From the NCBI RefSeq assembly GCF_009914755.1, contig NC_060934.1: a DNA stretch of 64,000 bases. The stretch is one strand, 5' to 3'. This document shows, in pieces, positions 17,372-36,305 of the stretch (positions within the stretch are counted from its first letter, which is position 1; each line of letters opens with the position of its first letter). The translations under genes were made by a program, and so were the position numbers. The notes beneath the pieces are model-generated. The model searched no databases. It was given only the letters and a program-made list of their open reading frames with translations, and had not been told where the DNA came from. Origin of the DNA: the human T2T-CHM13v2.0 reference genome, Homo sapiens.

Positions 17372-18547
17372 AATATATATATTTTATGAAAAGTATACAC
17401 ACACACACACACGTATATACATACACACATACACTTTTATGAAAACGAAAAGGCAAGCCATAGAATGGGAGAATATATTTGCAAATCATGTATCTGATAA
17501 AGGACTTGTATCTAGAATATATAAAGAACTCTCAAAATTCAATAATGGAAATGCAAACTAAAACCATAATGAAATACCACTGCACACATAATAGATGTGC
17601 TATATAAAAACTAACCATACTGAGTGTTGGTCAGGACGTGAAGCAACTAGAACTCTCAGATACTGCTAGTGGGAATGTAAAATGGTACACTTTGGAAAAC
17701 AGTCTGACAGTTTCTTAAGTTAAACATACACCTACCATATGACACCGCCATTCTACTCATAGAGAAATTGAAAGCATACGTCAACAGAAAGACTTGTACA
17801 TAAATGTGCATAGCAACTTTGTTATAGCCACAAACTGGAAAACAACTGAAATATTTCAGTAACAGATGAATGGATAACTAAACTGTGACACAGCCAAACA
17901 ACAGAATGCTACTTATCAATAAAATGAAATAAACTATTGATATATGTAGCAATATGTTAATTAGGCTGAGTTAAAGAACCCAGATCAAAGAAGAAGAGGA
18001 GGAGGAGAAGGAGTACATACTGTATGCTCCATTTATATAAATCCTAGAAAAATTCTAAATACTGGTCTATACTGACTGAAAGCAGATTAGCAGTTGCTCT
18101 GGGTGGGTGTAAGGGTGGAGATTATTATGAAGCAGCATGAGGAAATGTGAAGGGTGGTGAATAACCTTGACTGTGGTGATGTTTTCACTGGTGCATACTT
18201 GCGTATAAACTTACCGAACTGTACAGTTTACACATGTACAGTTGATTATATATCAAACATACCTCAATAAAGACATTTAAACAAAAGAAGCAGCAATAGG
18301 ATGCTTATCATGAAATTCAAGAAAGTGGTTATCCTGAGGGGATAGGAGTGTGTGAATGAGGAAACATGGGGCTGAGATCTGGGGAAAACACACACATTAC
18401 TCCAACAGCATGGGTAATGTATAAGTTAAAATCTGTGGGGAGTTCCTAAGGGTTCATTTTATTATACCATATAAAGTCAATATGATATACAAAAAGATAT
18501 ATATGTGCGCATCTTTTTGTATACAGCAAATATAAACATAAAAAGTA

Positions 18548-18848
18548 GATCGGGCTCAGTGGCTCATGCCTGTAATCACAGCACTTTGGGAGGCTGAGGC
18601 AGGCAGATCACCTGAGGTCAGGAGTTTGAGACTAGCCTGGCCAACATGGTGAAACCCCATCTCTATTAAAAATACAAAAATTAGCTGAGTGCAATGGCAC
18701 GTGCCTGTAATCCCAGCTACTTGAGAGGCTGAGGCAGGAGAAGCACTAGAACCTGGCAGGCGGAGGCTGCAGTGAGCTGAGGGCGCCACGGCACTCCAGC
18801 CTGGGCAACATAGAGAGAGACTCCGTGTCAGGGGGAAAAAACAAAAAA
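18548..18848 (+). mobile_element. AluS
   Basis: Full dimer. Confidence 0.9.
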
Positions 18849-19134
18849 CCCTAAAAAGTAAAAATGATTCTAGAATTTAACACTGGAAAAAATAACTATT
18901 AATCATTGTTTCCTATCTCCCATCATTCTTCAAGAACACAAGATTCTATTTTGAGTCTATCTGTTTTTTGCCAACTTTTATTGTAGGTTCTGAGTGTACA
19001 TGTGCAGTTTTGTTACAAAAGTGTACTGCATTACTGCATGCTGCTGAGGACTGGCATAGGAATGTGATTCTCTCTTTTTATCTGACCCAGAATTTTAATT
19101 TCCAGTTTAGCATTGTGGTTCAGAACATAGGCTC

Positions 19135-19378
19135 GCATTCTCGCTTATAAGTGGGAGTTAAACAATGGGTACACATGGACATACAGAGGGGAAAAATAGA
19201 TACTGGAGACTCCAAAAGCGGGGAGGGTGGAAAGGGATGAGGGTGGAAAATTACCCGTACAATGTTCACTATTCAGGTGATGGTTATGCTAAAAGCCCAG
19301 ACTTCACCCCTACGCAATATACCCAGGTAACAAAACTGCACTTGTACCCCCTAAATCTATAAACATAATTTGAAAAAA
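19135..19378 (+). mobile_element. L1MA/PB 3' end fragment
   Basis: ttctcgcttataagtgggag...aaaactgcacttgtaccccctaaatcta. Confidence 0.8.
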
Positions 19379-19602
19379 AGAACTTAGGATTTGGAGATTT
19401 GGAGTCAGCTGAATCAGGCACTAACTCTGGCTCTGCCATTTGCTAGTTGCAGTATAGTGGACAATTATTTAACGTCTCTAAGCCTCAGTTTTCTCATCAT
19501 TAAAATAAGAATAAATGCACTTCTCCTAAAGAATGAATGTGGATTAAATATGAAATGTGTATGAAGAGCAGAGTACATAAACATTTAATAAATATTAACT
19601 CC

Positions 19603-19913
19603 GGGCCAGGCACAGTGGCTCACACCTGTAATCCGAGCACTTTGAGAGGCTGAGGCAGGCAGATTATGAGGTCAGGAGTTCGAGATCAGCCTGGCCAAAG
19701 AGACCAGCCTGGCCAACCTGGTGAAGCCCCGTCTCTACTAAAAATACAAAAATTAGCTGGGCGTGGTGGTGGGCATCTGTAATCCCAGCTACTCTGGCGG
19801 CTAAGGAAGGAGAATTGCTGGAACCCAGGAGGCGGAGGTTGCAGTGAGCCAAGAACACGCCATTGTACTCCTGCCTAAGCGACAGAGCGAGACTCCGACT
19901 CTAAATAAATAAA
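19603..19913 (+). mobile_element. AluS with an internal ~18-bp tandem duplication
   Basis: gagatcagcctggccaa-a-gagaccagcctggccaa; TSD aataaatattaactcc. Confidence 0.9.
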
Positions 19914-20589
19914 TATTAACTCCTCATTCTTTCTCTGCAAGCTCCATTGTCTTTTCAAATCTATTTTTCCTGATAGCTCTTTAAATCACAATCTCTCACA
20001 ACACTTTAACATACTTGCATGTAAAATGCAACTAGAAAGATGCATCAAAGCAAATAATGGAGCATTGGAAAAAACTGGGCTAGCAATCAATAGTGTAAGT
20101 AAGAAATAAGAAAATAAGAAACTGGATCTTGGATGAACTGCTAACTTTTTCCTCCCTATTCTTAGCTATTTGTGTGAATGAAGTCTCTGAAGTCATCTAT
20201 GGAGGCTATGTATATTTGAAACTAACTTATCATAAATCCGTTGTAGTTTATCCCCCACTTCTAGGATTTAGCGGAGCATAACATGAGAGACTCAAGCTAA
20301 GCCCCAAGCGACTGCAAAAGCAAGCATATGATTAGGTAGCGTTTATAGGGTAAGAGGTATGCTAGGCTTAGTTTCCCAAATAGTCTAGTTAAGCTGTAAG
20401 TAATGACTGGATCCTCCTTTTGAGATCCAAATGAGAGTTCATTGTATATGTGCAGATCACGGTCTCATTCACTGACATACTCTTCCTTCATTCAATCAAT
20501 AAATGAATATTTATTGAGGACCTACTGTTTACCCAACCTTGTTCCACAGAGTAGATACACGGATGAATAAAATAGTCATTAAAATTTTA

Positions 20590-22440
<1,851 letters not shown>

Positions 22441-22483
22441 AATTTTAGAGCACAAAAGAGTCTTTTAAGATTTAATCTAAATA

Positions 22484-22740
22484 TTTTAAGTTTCAGGGTA
22501 CATGTGCACAACGTGCAGGTTTGTTACATATGTATACATGTGCCATGTTGGTGTGCTGCACCCATTAACTCGTCATTTAACATTAGGTATATCTCCTAAT
22601 GCTATCCCTCCCCTCTCCTCCCACCCCACAACAGGCCCCAGTGTGTGATGTTCCCCTTCCTGTGTCCATGTGTTCTCATTGTTCAATTCCCACCCTAAAA
22701 CTTAAAGTATAATAATTAAAAAAGAAGAAAAGAAAAAAAA
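22484..22740. mobile_element. Tiny twin-primed (inverted) L1PA 3' end
   Basis: Antisense 3'UTR 22484-22693 joined to sense 'ccctaaaacttaaagtataataat' plus A tail; 17-bp TSD aagatttaatctaaata (22467-22483, 22740-22756). Confidence 0.9.
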
Positions 22741-25517
22741 AGATTTAATCTAAATAAGTGAACCCTTTACACATGATGTCCAGATTTGCTAAGTGATTTA
22801 TCCAAGATTGTGGCTGGTTTACATCACAGTAAGAATTAAAATAATGGTCTCCTGAATTCGATGCTAGAATATTTTCTCTATGTTAAATTGTTTTTCATCA
22901 TCTCTTTTATTTCATAATCTACATATTCTTCCCCGTAACAGCTTTTTGATCTAATTTATTATCTTTTATATTTTCCTTTTCCTGTGGGACTCATATTTCA
23001 ACACTTTAAAAACTATACAGTATTAAATTTATTTCTAATGTATTATTATGACTTGGCCTCACAGCTCCCAAATATATCCAAGTTTTCTTTTGTTGAAAAT
23101 CATATAGGTAACTCTTGGATCATGGTTACATGCTTCACATTTCTGAATTGAGCTGCTATGTCTTGTTTTACTGGGCTCTTTACACAAACAGAGAAGATGG
23201 GATGCAGAGTAGGCAATTTCTTTCTTGCTCTCTGCAAACTAATTAAGATTTCTGAATGTGACATAGCTCAGGTGTCTCAGTCATTCCACCCACCCAGAAC
23301 ATAACACTGTAGCTCCTCTAGTCTCCTAGAGGGTTACATTTCTATGGGCCTTCACAGAAGCGGAAGATAAAAAAAATATACATATGTGCCCTCTTCACTC
23401 CTTCTACTCACCCACATTGCCGCTGATCTGTTAGATCTTATAACAAGGGCAAGCTATAGGCACACACAGTGAAGGAGCCAGCAGTCATGGGTTTCTCCAC
23501 CTAAGAAATATCCCTCTACACACATCTTATTTCCCTAATGTGAGTGCCAATTCATGTATCAGAGTGCAAGAAGCCAAGAAGTGACTGGAATAATAGCAGT
23601 TAAATTCCTGTGGACTAAGAACTGTCATTTGACTCCCTTAAAAGACTTCATAACAAGGTCATTTGATTGAATAATAACTCAAGGTTAAAAGAAACCAAAA
23701 TAAAGATTTAAAAACTAATTCCATAAAAATTAGATATAACAACTAGACAAAGCAAACTCAAAGAGGGTGAAAGAGAGTTTAAGGGGAAATCACTAATCAT
23801 AAAGCAAATAAAGGTGATAAAAACCTCACATAAGGGAATGCAAACCGGCATCCCAAACAGGAACAATGGAAATGTTCCAAAAGACTGCAATGAAAGTTTC
23901 ACAACTGCATAAAGTTGCTAAAAAACCATTGCAATGTATGCTTACAATGGATGGATCTTATAGTTACTAAGTCATACTTAAATAAAAATGTTATTTAGAT
24001 AGACATGTTACATCTGGTTTTCACAGATAAAAAGTACAAAGTCTACATGTTCAACAGAGATGAAAGAGATAGGGCTGTCACAAAAGTAAATGCAAGGGAA
24101 TTATAAAAGAGTGCCTGTATAAACAATATATAAGTCCTAATCTATCTTTTGTAATTATTTGCACTTTAAGTAGAACAGGGTCCTAGTATATTCCAGGAAT
24201 CATTCATAAGACCCAAGAAAGCATTTTATACTGTGTTCTCTTAAAAGATAACTGGTATTGATTCCATCATGTAACTAAGATTACAAGCCTAACTCCCATG
24301 GACTCTTGGAAAGCATTTTGTCTTTTTTTTTTTCCATTTTACCATCAATATTAATAATACCACTTACTTAAAGTAAAATTTCGTTCCTTACATTAGGGCC
24401 AGTTTCATGGTGATGCAACACCTTTTTAGGATGTCATTAGCTGAGAAAAAACAAGACAGGATTTGAATGTGTGCAGCCACGTGGCTTTTTATTGTTGTAT
24501 ATAAACTGTTGGAACTAGTATGGTATGACCGTCACCTGGCTCGTTTTTTCTTTTGTAACACTGGAAGATGGCATGCTTGGGGGGAAGGACATGCACTCTG
24601 ACTAGACTGCCCGGGTCTGGATTCTTGATTTGTTAAGTTGTGGCTCGTGGACAAGCTCCTTAACACAACTGTGCCTTGTCTTTAACATGAGGATGATAAT
24701 GACAGTGCACTTCATATTCTTGTTAAGAAGATTAAATGAGTTTGTAAAGGGATTAAAACAGTACCAGCCACATAGTACACGCACTATTTAACTACCTAAA
24801 AAAAAAAAACATAGGGGTCACTGATACATAAAGGCTTATATCAAAAACGTATTGTGATACCACTTTTGAGATACTTGGGAAAACAGTATATAAAATATTG
24901 TTTTGTCTGAAAGGAAAAACAAAATCTTGAATATCCATAAAACTTTTAGCATATTTTTGCAGATATCACAAGTGTGATGGAAAAACAGGCTTGCTGTGAG
25001 GAATTTGTCAAAAATACACAGCTAATAGTAGGTGATGGAGCTAGCCCATGCTTTTCTCTATATGCCATGAATAGGAAGGGAATAATATGTTTTTCAACAT
25101 TTAAATATTGCCTATTTTTAAATTACTCTATCCATAGTCCTAATGCCACAGAGATCAATCTTATTGTAAATTATTCCTCACATAGTAGGATTCTTTGACA
25201 GGGTATTTCTCTGCAAAATTTTTCAACATGTGGAAATCTGACGTTGTGAACTAAAGGGTTGTTTAAATTCCCACTGAGAGAAAAGACTCTTGAATACAGT
25301 TTATTGCATGCTAAGTATGCTTGATAACTTCACAAGCAGCTTGTTTACAGAGTTTCTAATTTTAAAGATTTCTTTCTCTTTTTTTTTTTGTCAATAAAGG
25401 TCGACAATGGGAAATGCTTTGATGATAAATATCTAGACGTATCTAGATGTTTTTTCCCAAAAAGTAATTCTGTTTTTCAGCGGGTATTGAACATTTAAGA
25501 GATAAAAGATGATGACT

Positions 25518-25857
<340 letters not shown>

Positions 25858-26686
25858 TTAGTTGATAATACTTCCAATTAAACATTTGGGCTTAATTTTT
25901 TTTAAATGTAGCTTTCAATGTTCAACTTCATTATTTACTTGGACATTCATTTATAATAATACTTTTCATATAGCTGGCTTTCATAAACTAACTGTTGACA
26001 TGAGTCCTTTCTGCTGTATCTGTATGGTTTCATGTATGGATTATTTTTGAATCACTGATATTTTCACTATATTTATTTCTGTATTCAGGGTTCTGGTTTT
26101 TTAATTTAATTTTTACCTGGATAGCACATTTCTCTGTCTTTCTCTCTCTGATTTACTTTATTTTCAAAGGTAAGTTTTTTGTTTTTTTTTTGAGACAGAG
26201 TCTCGCTCTGTTGCCCAGGCTGGAGTGCAGTGGCATGAGCCTGGCTCACTGCAACCTCCACCTCCCAAGCCCAAGCAATCCTCCCACCTCAGCCTAGGGT
26301 ATGTCTTTATAGTATAATGCCAGAAGATGGTTTGTTAATATAAATTGTAAAGGAATAACTCAGAAACCTGGTCTAGGCTATGTCCATAAGCAGCTGCTAC
26401 CATACTCTGTCCCTGTCAGCCTCTCAACCTAGAAGGGCACATGGTTAGGAAACCACCTTCCCTTTGGACATGCACACATCTCACACAATGTTTTACCTGC
26501 AAAGTTTCAATTGTACTCCTCAGTGTTATTCTCAGGAAAATTAAAAACCATCTACTTCTCATTTTTCAGAAACAGTTATGGCTTCAGTTTTAGAGAAAAA
26601 CAAATCAAAATAAAAATACTTTATAAAGTAATTTGCATATGCTACATACACTGCATGACTGTTTCCTAAAAAAGACAGAAAGCCTA

Positions 26687-27014
<328 letters not shown>

Positions 27015-27299
27015 CTATAAAACACTCTTCAAACACTAACCATAATTAAATGATAATACAAGATCCCCAAAATTTAACTGACAACTGCCACATTTAACTA
27101 TTACTACAAATTTGAGAGGCATATACAGTATTTACATTTTTTAAAATGAGGCTCAGAGAAATGCGTACTTCAAGCATTTTCTTTTTAAATGATATCTTAA
27201 ATAACTTAGATCTTGCTGAAACAAAAACTCCTGTCAAAAACAAAACTTCCCAGGAGTTTATCAGTTTGACTGTTGAATAACTGAGCAAACTAGGAATGG

Positions 27300-27620
<321 letters not shown>

Positions 27621-28276
27621 TAGGAATGGGTTAACAAATAATGACTGATATTCGGACTGCTATAATCATTTAAATCTGCTTTATATACACTTTAGTTTCC
27701 TTTTTTTTGTAAAGAAACACAGAAGGATAAATCAATATATTTAAAATTGGGGGGAGGAGGGGTTGCAGTATAAAAATGTAATTTTGGCCATTCATGTATT
27801 TCTTCCTCAACAAACCATGTAGCAGTACTCTAATAATAAATATTCAAATTTGTTTGTTTTTTCCATTCCTATATTTTAGTAAACATGCAACTTCCTAAAG
27901 GCAGAAAGAGCCAAATGATGGAAAGAAATAATTTGCTGAATACATATTCAAAAGAGTTTAGTGGCAGTCAATCATATTTAGTATAGGTCCAAAACAACAA
28001 GAGCATCCAATCAATATAGATATTAGCAGTTTATAGTGTCATAAGCATTTGGCCCCTACTCTCAAAGCCTAACTAGCTCTATTAAGCATTTATAATCAGT
28101 TACCTTTTAAGCATGTCTACCAAAATCAAAGATCACGATTTTATTTACATTCCTGATTTGCTGTTAACTTCCCAAAGAGTATCTACCAGTCATAAAGATA
28201 CAATGAGATTATCATTTAGTGCAACAAACCTCTTTCTTTTCTAAATATAATACCGTATTGATAGAATTGTCTTCTT

Positions 28277-28589
<313 letters not shown>

Positions 28590-28830
28590 TTAAGCTAAAA
28601 CAAATCAAGAAAAACATGGTACCACACTGTTAAGATGAAATCAAATGGGAATTCACATATACTTCACTGGAAGTACAATCTTCCTATAAACCTACTTGGC
28701 AATATCTACTAAGAAACTTCAATTTTATACTTGTTAAGCTAGTAAATAATGAAATAAGAGATAAGGGCAAAAAGACAGATTACAAGCTATTCATTCCAAG
28801 GTATAAATAACTCAAATTGGAAACTACTTA

Positions 28831-29145
28831 GGCCGGACATGGTGAGTCATGCCTGTAATCCCAGCACTTTGGGAAGCCGAGGCAAGAGGACTGCTTGAGC
28901 CCAGAAGTTGAAACCAGCTGTGTAACATGATGAGGCCCTGTCTCTACAAAAAATTTAAAAATCAGCCAGACATAGTAGCATGCATCTGTGGTCCAAGCTA
29001 CATGGGAGGCTAAGGCAGGTGGATCCCTTGAGCCCAAGAGGTCAAGGCTGCAGTGAGCCGAGATGGCGCCACACACTCCAGCCTGGGCAACAGAGTGAGA
29101 CCCTATCTCAAATAAATAAATAAATAAATAAAAATAAAGATAAAT
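28831..29145 (+). mobile_element. AluJ
   Basis: Dimer with (AAAT)n tail; flanks share actcaaa(t/c)tggaaacta. Confidence 0.9.
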
Positions 29146-29585
29146 AAACTCAAACTGGAAACTATGTTGTCTAACAACAACAAAAAAGAATAGTAAGTAA
29201 ATTATGATACAGCTCCTAAAGTCATGACTGTGAACATTTTTCAATGGCATGAGAAAATGCCCAAAATATAATGTTAAGCAAAAATATAAAACTCCCCAAT
29301 ATGATCAAAATTATTTTAATCACATACACACTTTTTGGAATTAGGAGCTGTTTAAATTTTTTCCTGAACGATTCATGGATTTTCCATAATGAACATGCAC
29401 GCAAGCAGTTGTTACCTTTCACATCCAGTTGCAATATTGGGCGGCACATCCCTGCAGATGAGTTATGACTGTTTTCACATGTTTCCCGTGTACTAACTGA
29501 ATAAACTATTCCTTTCTCAGCACCAAAGTGCCTTACAGCAGAACTTCCCGATCAGTGTACTTTAAGGCTTAAAAGCAGTTTCTAA

Positions 29586-29864
29586 GCCAGGTGAGGTGAC
29601 TCACATCCATAATCCCAGCACTTTGGGAGACTGAGGCAGGCAATGGTTTGAGCCCAGAAGTTCACCTGCTACTTCCAGGAGAGCAAGGGCAACCTGATAC
29701 CAACCTGGCCAACATGGTGAAACCCCATTTCTACAAAAAATACAAAATTTAGCCAGGTGTGGTGGTGCATGCCTGTAGTCCAAGCTACTCAGGAGGCTGA
29801 GGTGGGAGGATCGCTTGAGCCCATGAGGTCTGGGTGATGGAGACCCTGTCTCAAAGAAAAAAAA
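29586..29864 (+). mobile_element. Alu with a non-Alu 32-bp insert and a right-arm deletion
   Basis: Insert at 29666-29697; TSD aaa(a/g)gcagtttc. Confidence 0.85.
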
Positions 29865-30795
29865 AGGCAGTTTCCCAGGCCCTCTACTGTAGAGAGTACC
29901 TTTACTGTAGGACTTACTAACCATATTATAATTGCTTGTTCATACATCTATCTCTTTAATCACAGAGCAGCTTCCTGACAAGATGCCCAAGTCTTACTCT
30001 AGTGCCCAACACAAAACCTGACAGAAAGCAGGACCTCAAAAATGAATGAAATTTATACGAAATGAGTAAAGTTTACATAAAACAAAGATAATAGAAAATG
30101 AAGACTTTAAAACATTGTTGGGGAATTGTTCTTATTTCCTTATTTCTCCATTTTCCTCATTTGAGGCAGTGAGTGCATATAGCACATTTCACAACAACTA
30201 GACAAAACCAGAGAAACAGACATAAACTCAAATACAGATATGCCTATTTTTACACATTTTCTTGTAAAGAAGTTTTACCAAATAGAGATATTTTCAAAAG
30301 CTACTTTATGATATGAATAAAATCTTGTTTACTCTGAATCAAGGAACAGATTGCATTTCTGTGGTTAAAAACAATTACTTCCCTTCCCTTTGGGTAGACA
30401 GGAATCACCAAATTAAAAGTCGAGCTTAAATTTCAGTTCATCTTAGCTACCAATGAAATAATGCAATCCCCTTTGAGCAGATACCAGCAATACCAAGCAC
30501 GAATATAGGCTACGGAAGAAAAAGCTACAGACGGTCAGACACATATCATGTGGTTTCACTATTTTGCTTGATGAGCTATGATTATCTTGACTATGATTAT
30601 CAGAAACTCATCTTATTAAATGTATGTATAAATAAGTTTTTATAATGTAAGTTAATTTTGAGTTATCAGTAATACTATATCAGCAACCAATGTTAATGGT
30701 GAACTCATTTTCATTGGCAACACTTGAGAGACTACACAATTTCAAAGAATTTTATAGCTAGAAGGAAAGTCAGAGATAACAGAATTCAATTTGGT

Positions 30796-31090
30796 GGCCA
30801 GGTGGAGTGGCTCATGCCTGTAATCCCAGCACTCTGGGAGGCCTAGGCGGGTGGATCACCTGAGGTCAGAAGTTCGAGGCCAGCCTGGCCAACATGGCGA
30901 AACCCCATCTCTACTAAAAATACAAAAATTAGCTGAAAGTGGTGGCGTGCCATCTGTAATCCCAGGTACTCAGGAGGCTGGGGCAGGAGAATCCCTTGAA
31001 CCAAGGGAGGTGGAGGTTGAAGTGAGCCGAGATGGCACCACTGAACTCCAGCCTGGGTGACAGAGAAAGACTCCGTCTCAAAAAAAAAAA
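30796..31090 (+). mobile_element. AluS
   Basis: TSD aattcaatttggt. Confidence 0.9.
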
Positions 31091-32128
31091 TTCAATTTGG
31101 TTATTCACCATTTTATAGAACAGAACACTGACACTCCAAGAGGTTAAATGATTTGCCAAATGTTACACAAATTTTGGTGATCCAAACTATGCATTAGGGT
31201 CCAAATTAAGGCAGGACAGACCAGTAAGAGAGTACTGCTCCAATAGGCCAAGACTAGATGGGGAAACAACTTATAGAAGATGACGAAATGGTTTTTCACA
31301 TGTGTAAAAATATAGGGTCTCTATGTATCAGCTAGGGTGAAGGCAGTCTCATATCAGACGTGAATCACCCATTTACTCATTAGTTCTCAGTGAAGGTTGA
31401 CTGTCATAGTCTGCTATTTCCAGGAGAGCAAGGGCATCCTGACACAGGAGTTAAGCTCCGTCCTAAAAGAACCCATGCCCCATGAATAGGAAGAAAGATG
31501 GAAGCTTAAAGGGAGTAGCATCAAATATACCTAGAATTACTGAATCTCAGAGATGGGGTTTCCTTTTTCTTTCCCTTCCTCCCACTCCAAATCTCTGAGA
31601 CCTTTTGCTGAAAGATAGCTTAGAACAGAAATTCAATATACAAATATTGAATACTGTATACAGAGCTGCTCTGCTTGGGAGAGAGGCAAGGGCGTTTGTA
31701 CAGAAACCTACTCTACTAATTCCTTGGAAACACTAACAGTCTGATAGAGACTTTTAAAATCATAGATCTAGTTGAGCCAATTTATTTTACAAATACAGAC
31801 ACTGAGTCCCTGAAAGACTCACTGGTGGCCTCATAGCTAATTAGTGACACAGCTTGGACTAGAACCTCAGTTTCCAATCTTCTGATCTTGGAACTTTTCC
31901 ACCATACCACTAACAAATTGTTTTAACAATCTGAAGATAATAGCTATTGGCTAATGTATCATTTTTTTTCTAATTTATATTTATGAAAACATAATGTATG
32001 TTCACTTAGGATACACCAGAAAATAAATCTAAGCAAAAAGGAAATAATTTAACTTACCTGTCATTCCCCGTCTAGAGAAAATTATGTCAATACTTCGAGA
32101 CATATACATATTCTTCCAGACTTTTTCA

Positions 32129-32636
<508 letters not shown>

Positions 32637-33116
32637 AAAAAATACATACTTTAGGAAAATCTTCTAACCTATTTCTTTTTATTCAATATTTTATGTAAGT
32701 CTTTCCATATCAATTACATATACCTACATCATTATTTTTAAAGACTACATGGTATTTCATTACATAAATAACATTTTATTTGTTCACTCTTCTCTTTGTT
32801 CATTATCTTTTTTACACTACATTACTACTACTATTATTATAACTACAACTGCCTTGTAGACCAGTGTCTATGAAAAACCATTGAGAATTACATTAGGATA
32901 AATTCCTAAGAATGGAGCTGCTGGCTCAAATGTTTACTTTTTGTTTGTTTTTAGTTTTAGACACAATATTTTAAAGTGCCATCCAGAAAAGCAGGGAACC
33001 AAATCCACTGACAGCATGAGATTCCTATATCCATATTCCAGCCAACACTGAGTATTTTTTTCATCTTTGCAAATATGTTAAAGATGAAAATGGTTCTTAA
33101 TGTTTTAATTTTTTTA

Positions 33117-33679
<563 letters not shown>

Positions 33680-35136
33680 TTAACAGGAATGTCTTAAAAT
33701 ATAGTAGCAGAACTCAAAGCAAAATCCCTGGGAACTGGAAAGGAAGCTTAAAATACACAGAAACTGAGAGGTCATCAGCTGGGGTAGCAGACCCCTTAGA
33801 GACAAGATAACAAGCCTTTCAGGGTAAGAGGATCAAGCTGTCTTACATTCTGATTAGTGTGAGCACTGGTATGTACCCTAACTTTAGGCGGAAACATCAG
33901 AGTTGGTCCAGCTTTGAGTTGTTGGGTCCAGCAAAGGCAAACGGCATGAAGCTGAGCTAATAGCATCCACAGTTCCCTGGGGAAAGACAGGGCTTAGACA
34001 TGGAGCAATGAGGCTGTCATCCAACTTCTAATGTGGTAATAACACACAGTTCACTCACGTTCTTTCAAATACATCGCTGAGGTCAAACTGAATTGTGTCT
34101 TATTTATTTCAAAAACCCAACTAAGTAAAAAATTCTAAATATAGAAGGTATTTATTTTATATCTTGTTCATGAAAAGTTATGATTAAATATCAAAAAGTA
34201 TTTTAGACACATTTTAGAGGCATTGGTGGAACTTACTATTTCAAACCCTGGAGGAAGGCCTTTTAGAAAGCACTGAATTATTTTAATCACTTCATAATTT
34301 ATGTCCTATAAATACAACTGCCTTTCAACATAATGTATTTCTGGAAACATTATAAGATGGATTATTTTAATAGGCAATATTTTTACACAGAATAAATGTT
34401 TTAATTGGCTAAAATACAGAAATGACCAAATAATGCCAGAGAAGCCCAATAATACCAGAGAAGGTTGAACAATGAGAAACCTCTAAAACCTTTTACAAGG
34501 GCAAACTGTTATGATTTTTAAGTAAGCATAAATACATAAGATGTATATTTTACAAAGAGAATCTTCAAGTATTATGAAGTGCATACAATACTCACAAAAA
34601 ATAGAAATCCAATATACCATAAATTTTACTAAAAATGTGTAAGCTAGAAATAAGAAACATGAATCACTCAGATCCACCTGAAGAGACAAAATGGAATTCT
34701 CTGTTACAAGAAGGGCAGTAACACTGCTTTACTAATAGTGCAGGTGTTCAGATTTTTCTTGATGATGTTGGTATTGTTGTTATTACTGAAGTCTAGTAGA
34801 TGGAGAGGAATGGTGTTGGGAGGGAAGGACATAAGTTTAGTCTGTGATATGGGTTTAAAGCACCTGTAAGGTGCCAGTGGAGATACTTAGCAGTTAAACA
34901 AACGAATCTAAGCTCAGGAAAGTGATCTGAGATTTGGAAATCATCAGTCTATCATATGATACCTATAGGCATGGAGTCGATGAAAACATCCATGGAAAGT
35001 ATAGATTACGGGGGGAAAAACTGGTACAATTCTTCTTACTAAATTATATAAAATATTTAAATCAAATTTTAAGTAATTTTAATTTTCACAAGAAGAAACC
35101 ATTTCTAAGAGTCTGTCTTCTTATAAACCAGCTCTA

Positions 35137-35519
<383 letters not shown>

Positions 35520-35992
35520 AGTAGGATAAACTGTGGTCTATTCACACAATGAACTACCATAAACAAATTTTTAGACAATTTACAGCTAATGCAACAACAT
35601 GGATACATTTCAAAGATAATGCTGAGTGAAAAAAAAACACAACAGGTGCATACAGCGTGATAATATTCACACGAAAGTTCAAATAGGCAAAACCACTATA
35701 TGGTGATGAAGTCTGGAGAGGGATGATCTTTGGAGGAGAAAACAATGACCACAAAAGGCATAACAGAGGCTTCTGAGGCGCTGTTCATGTTCTATGTCTG
35801 GGTGGCCAATGACGACACAGGCGTGTTCACTTTGCAAACCTCGCCAAGCTATGTATTTATGATTTATGCATTTTATGTACTGCTATATTTCTATTTAAAA
35901 CATTTACAAAAACAAACATGAATCTGATTGTCATTGTCATGCTAAAAAGCCAACAATAGAATTCCCATCACGCTGGGACGGAAATCTAAAAC

Positions 35993-36305
<313 letters not shown>

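Noticed and set aside
25431-25448. Short near-palindrome atctagacgtatctagat
   Set aside because: Too short to exceed chance expectation.
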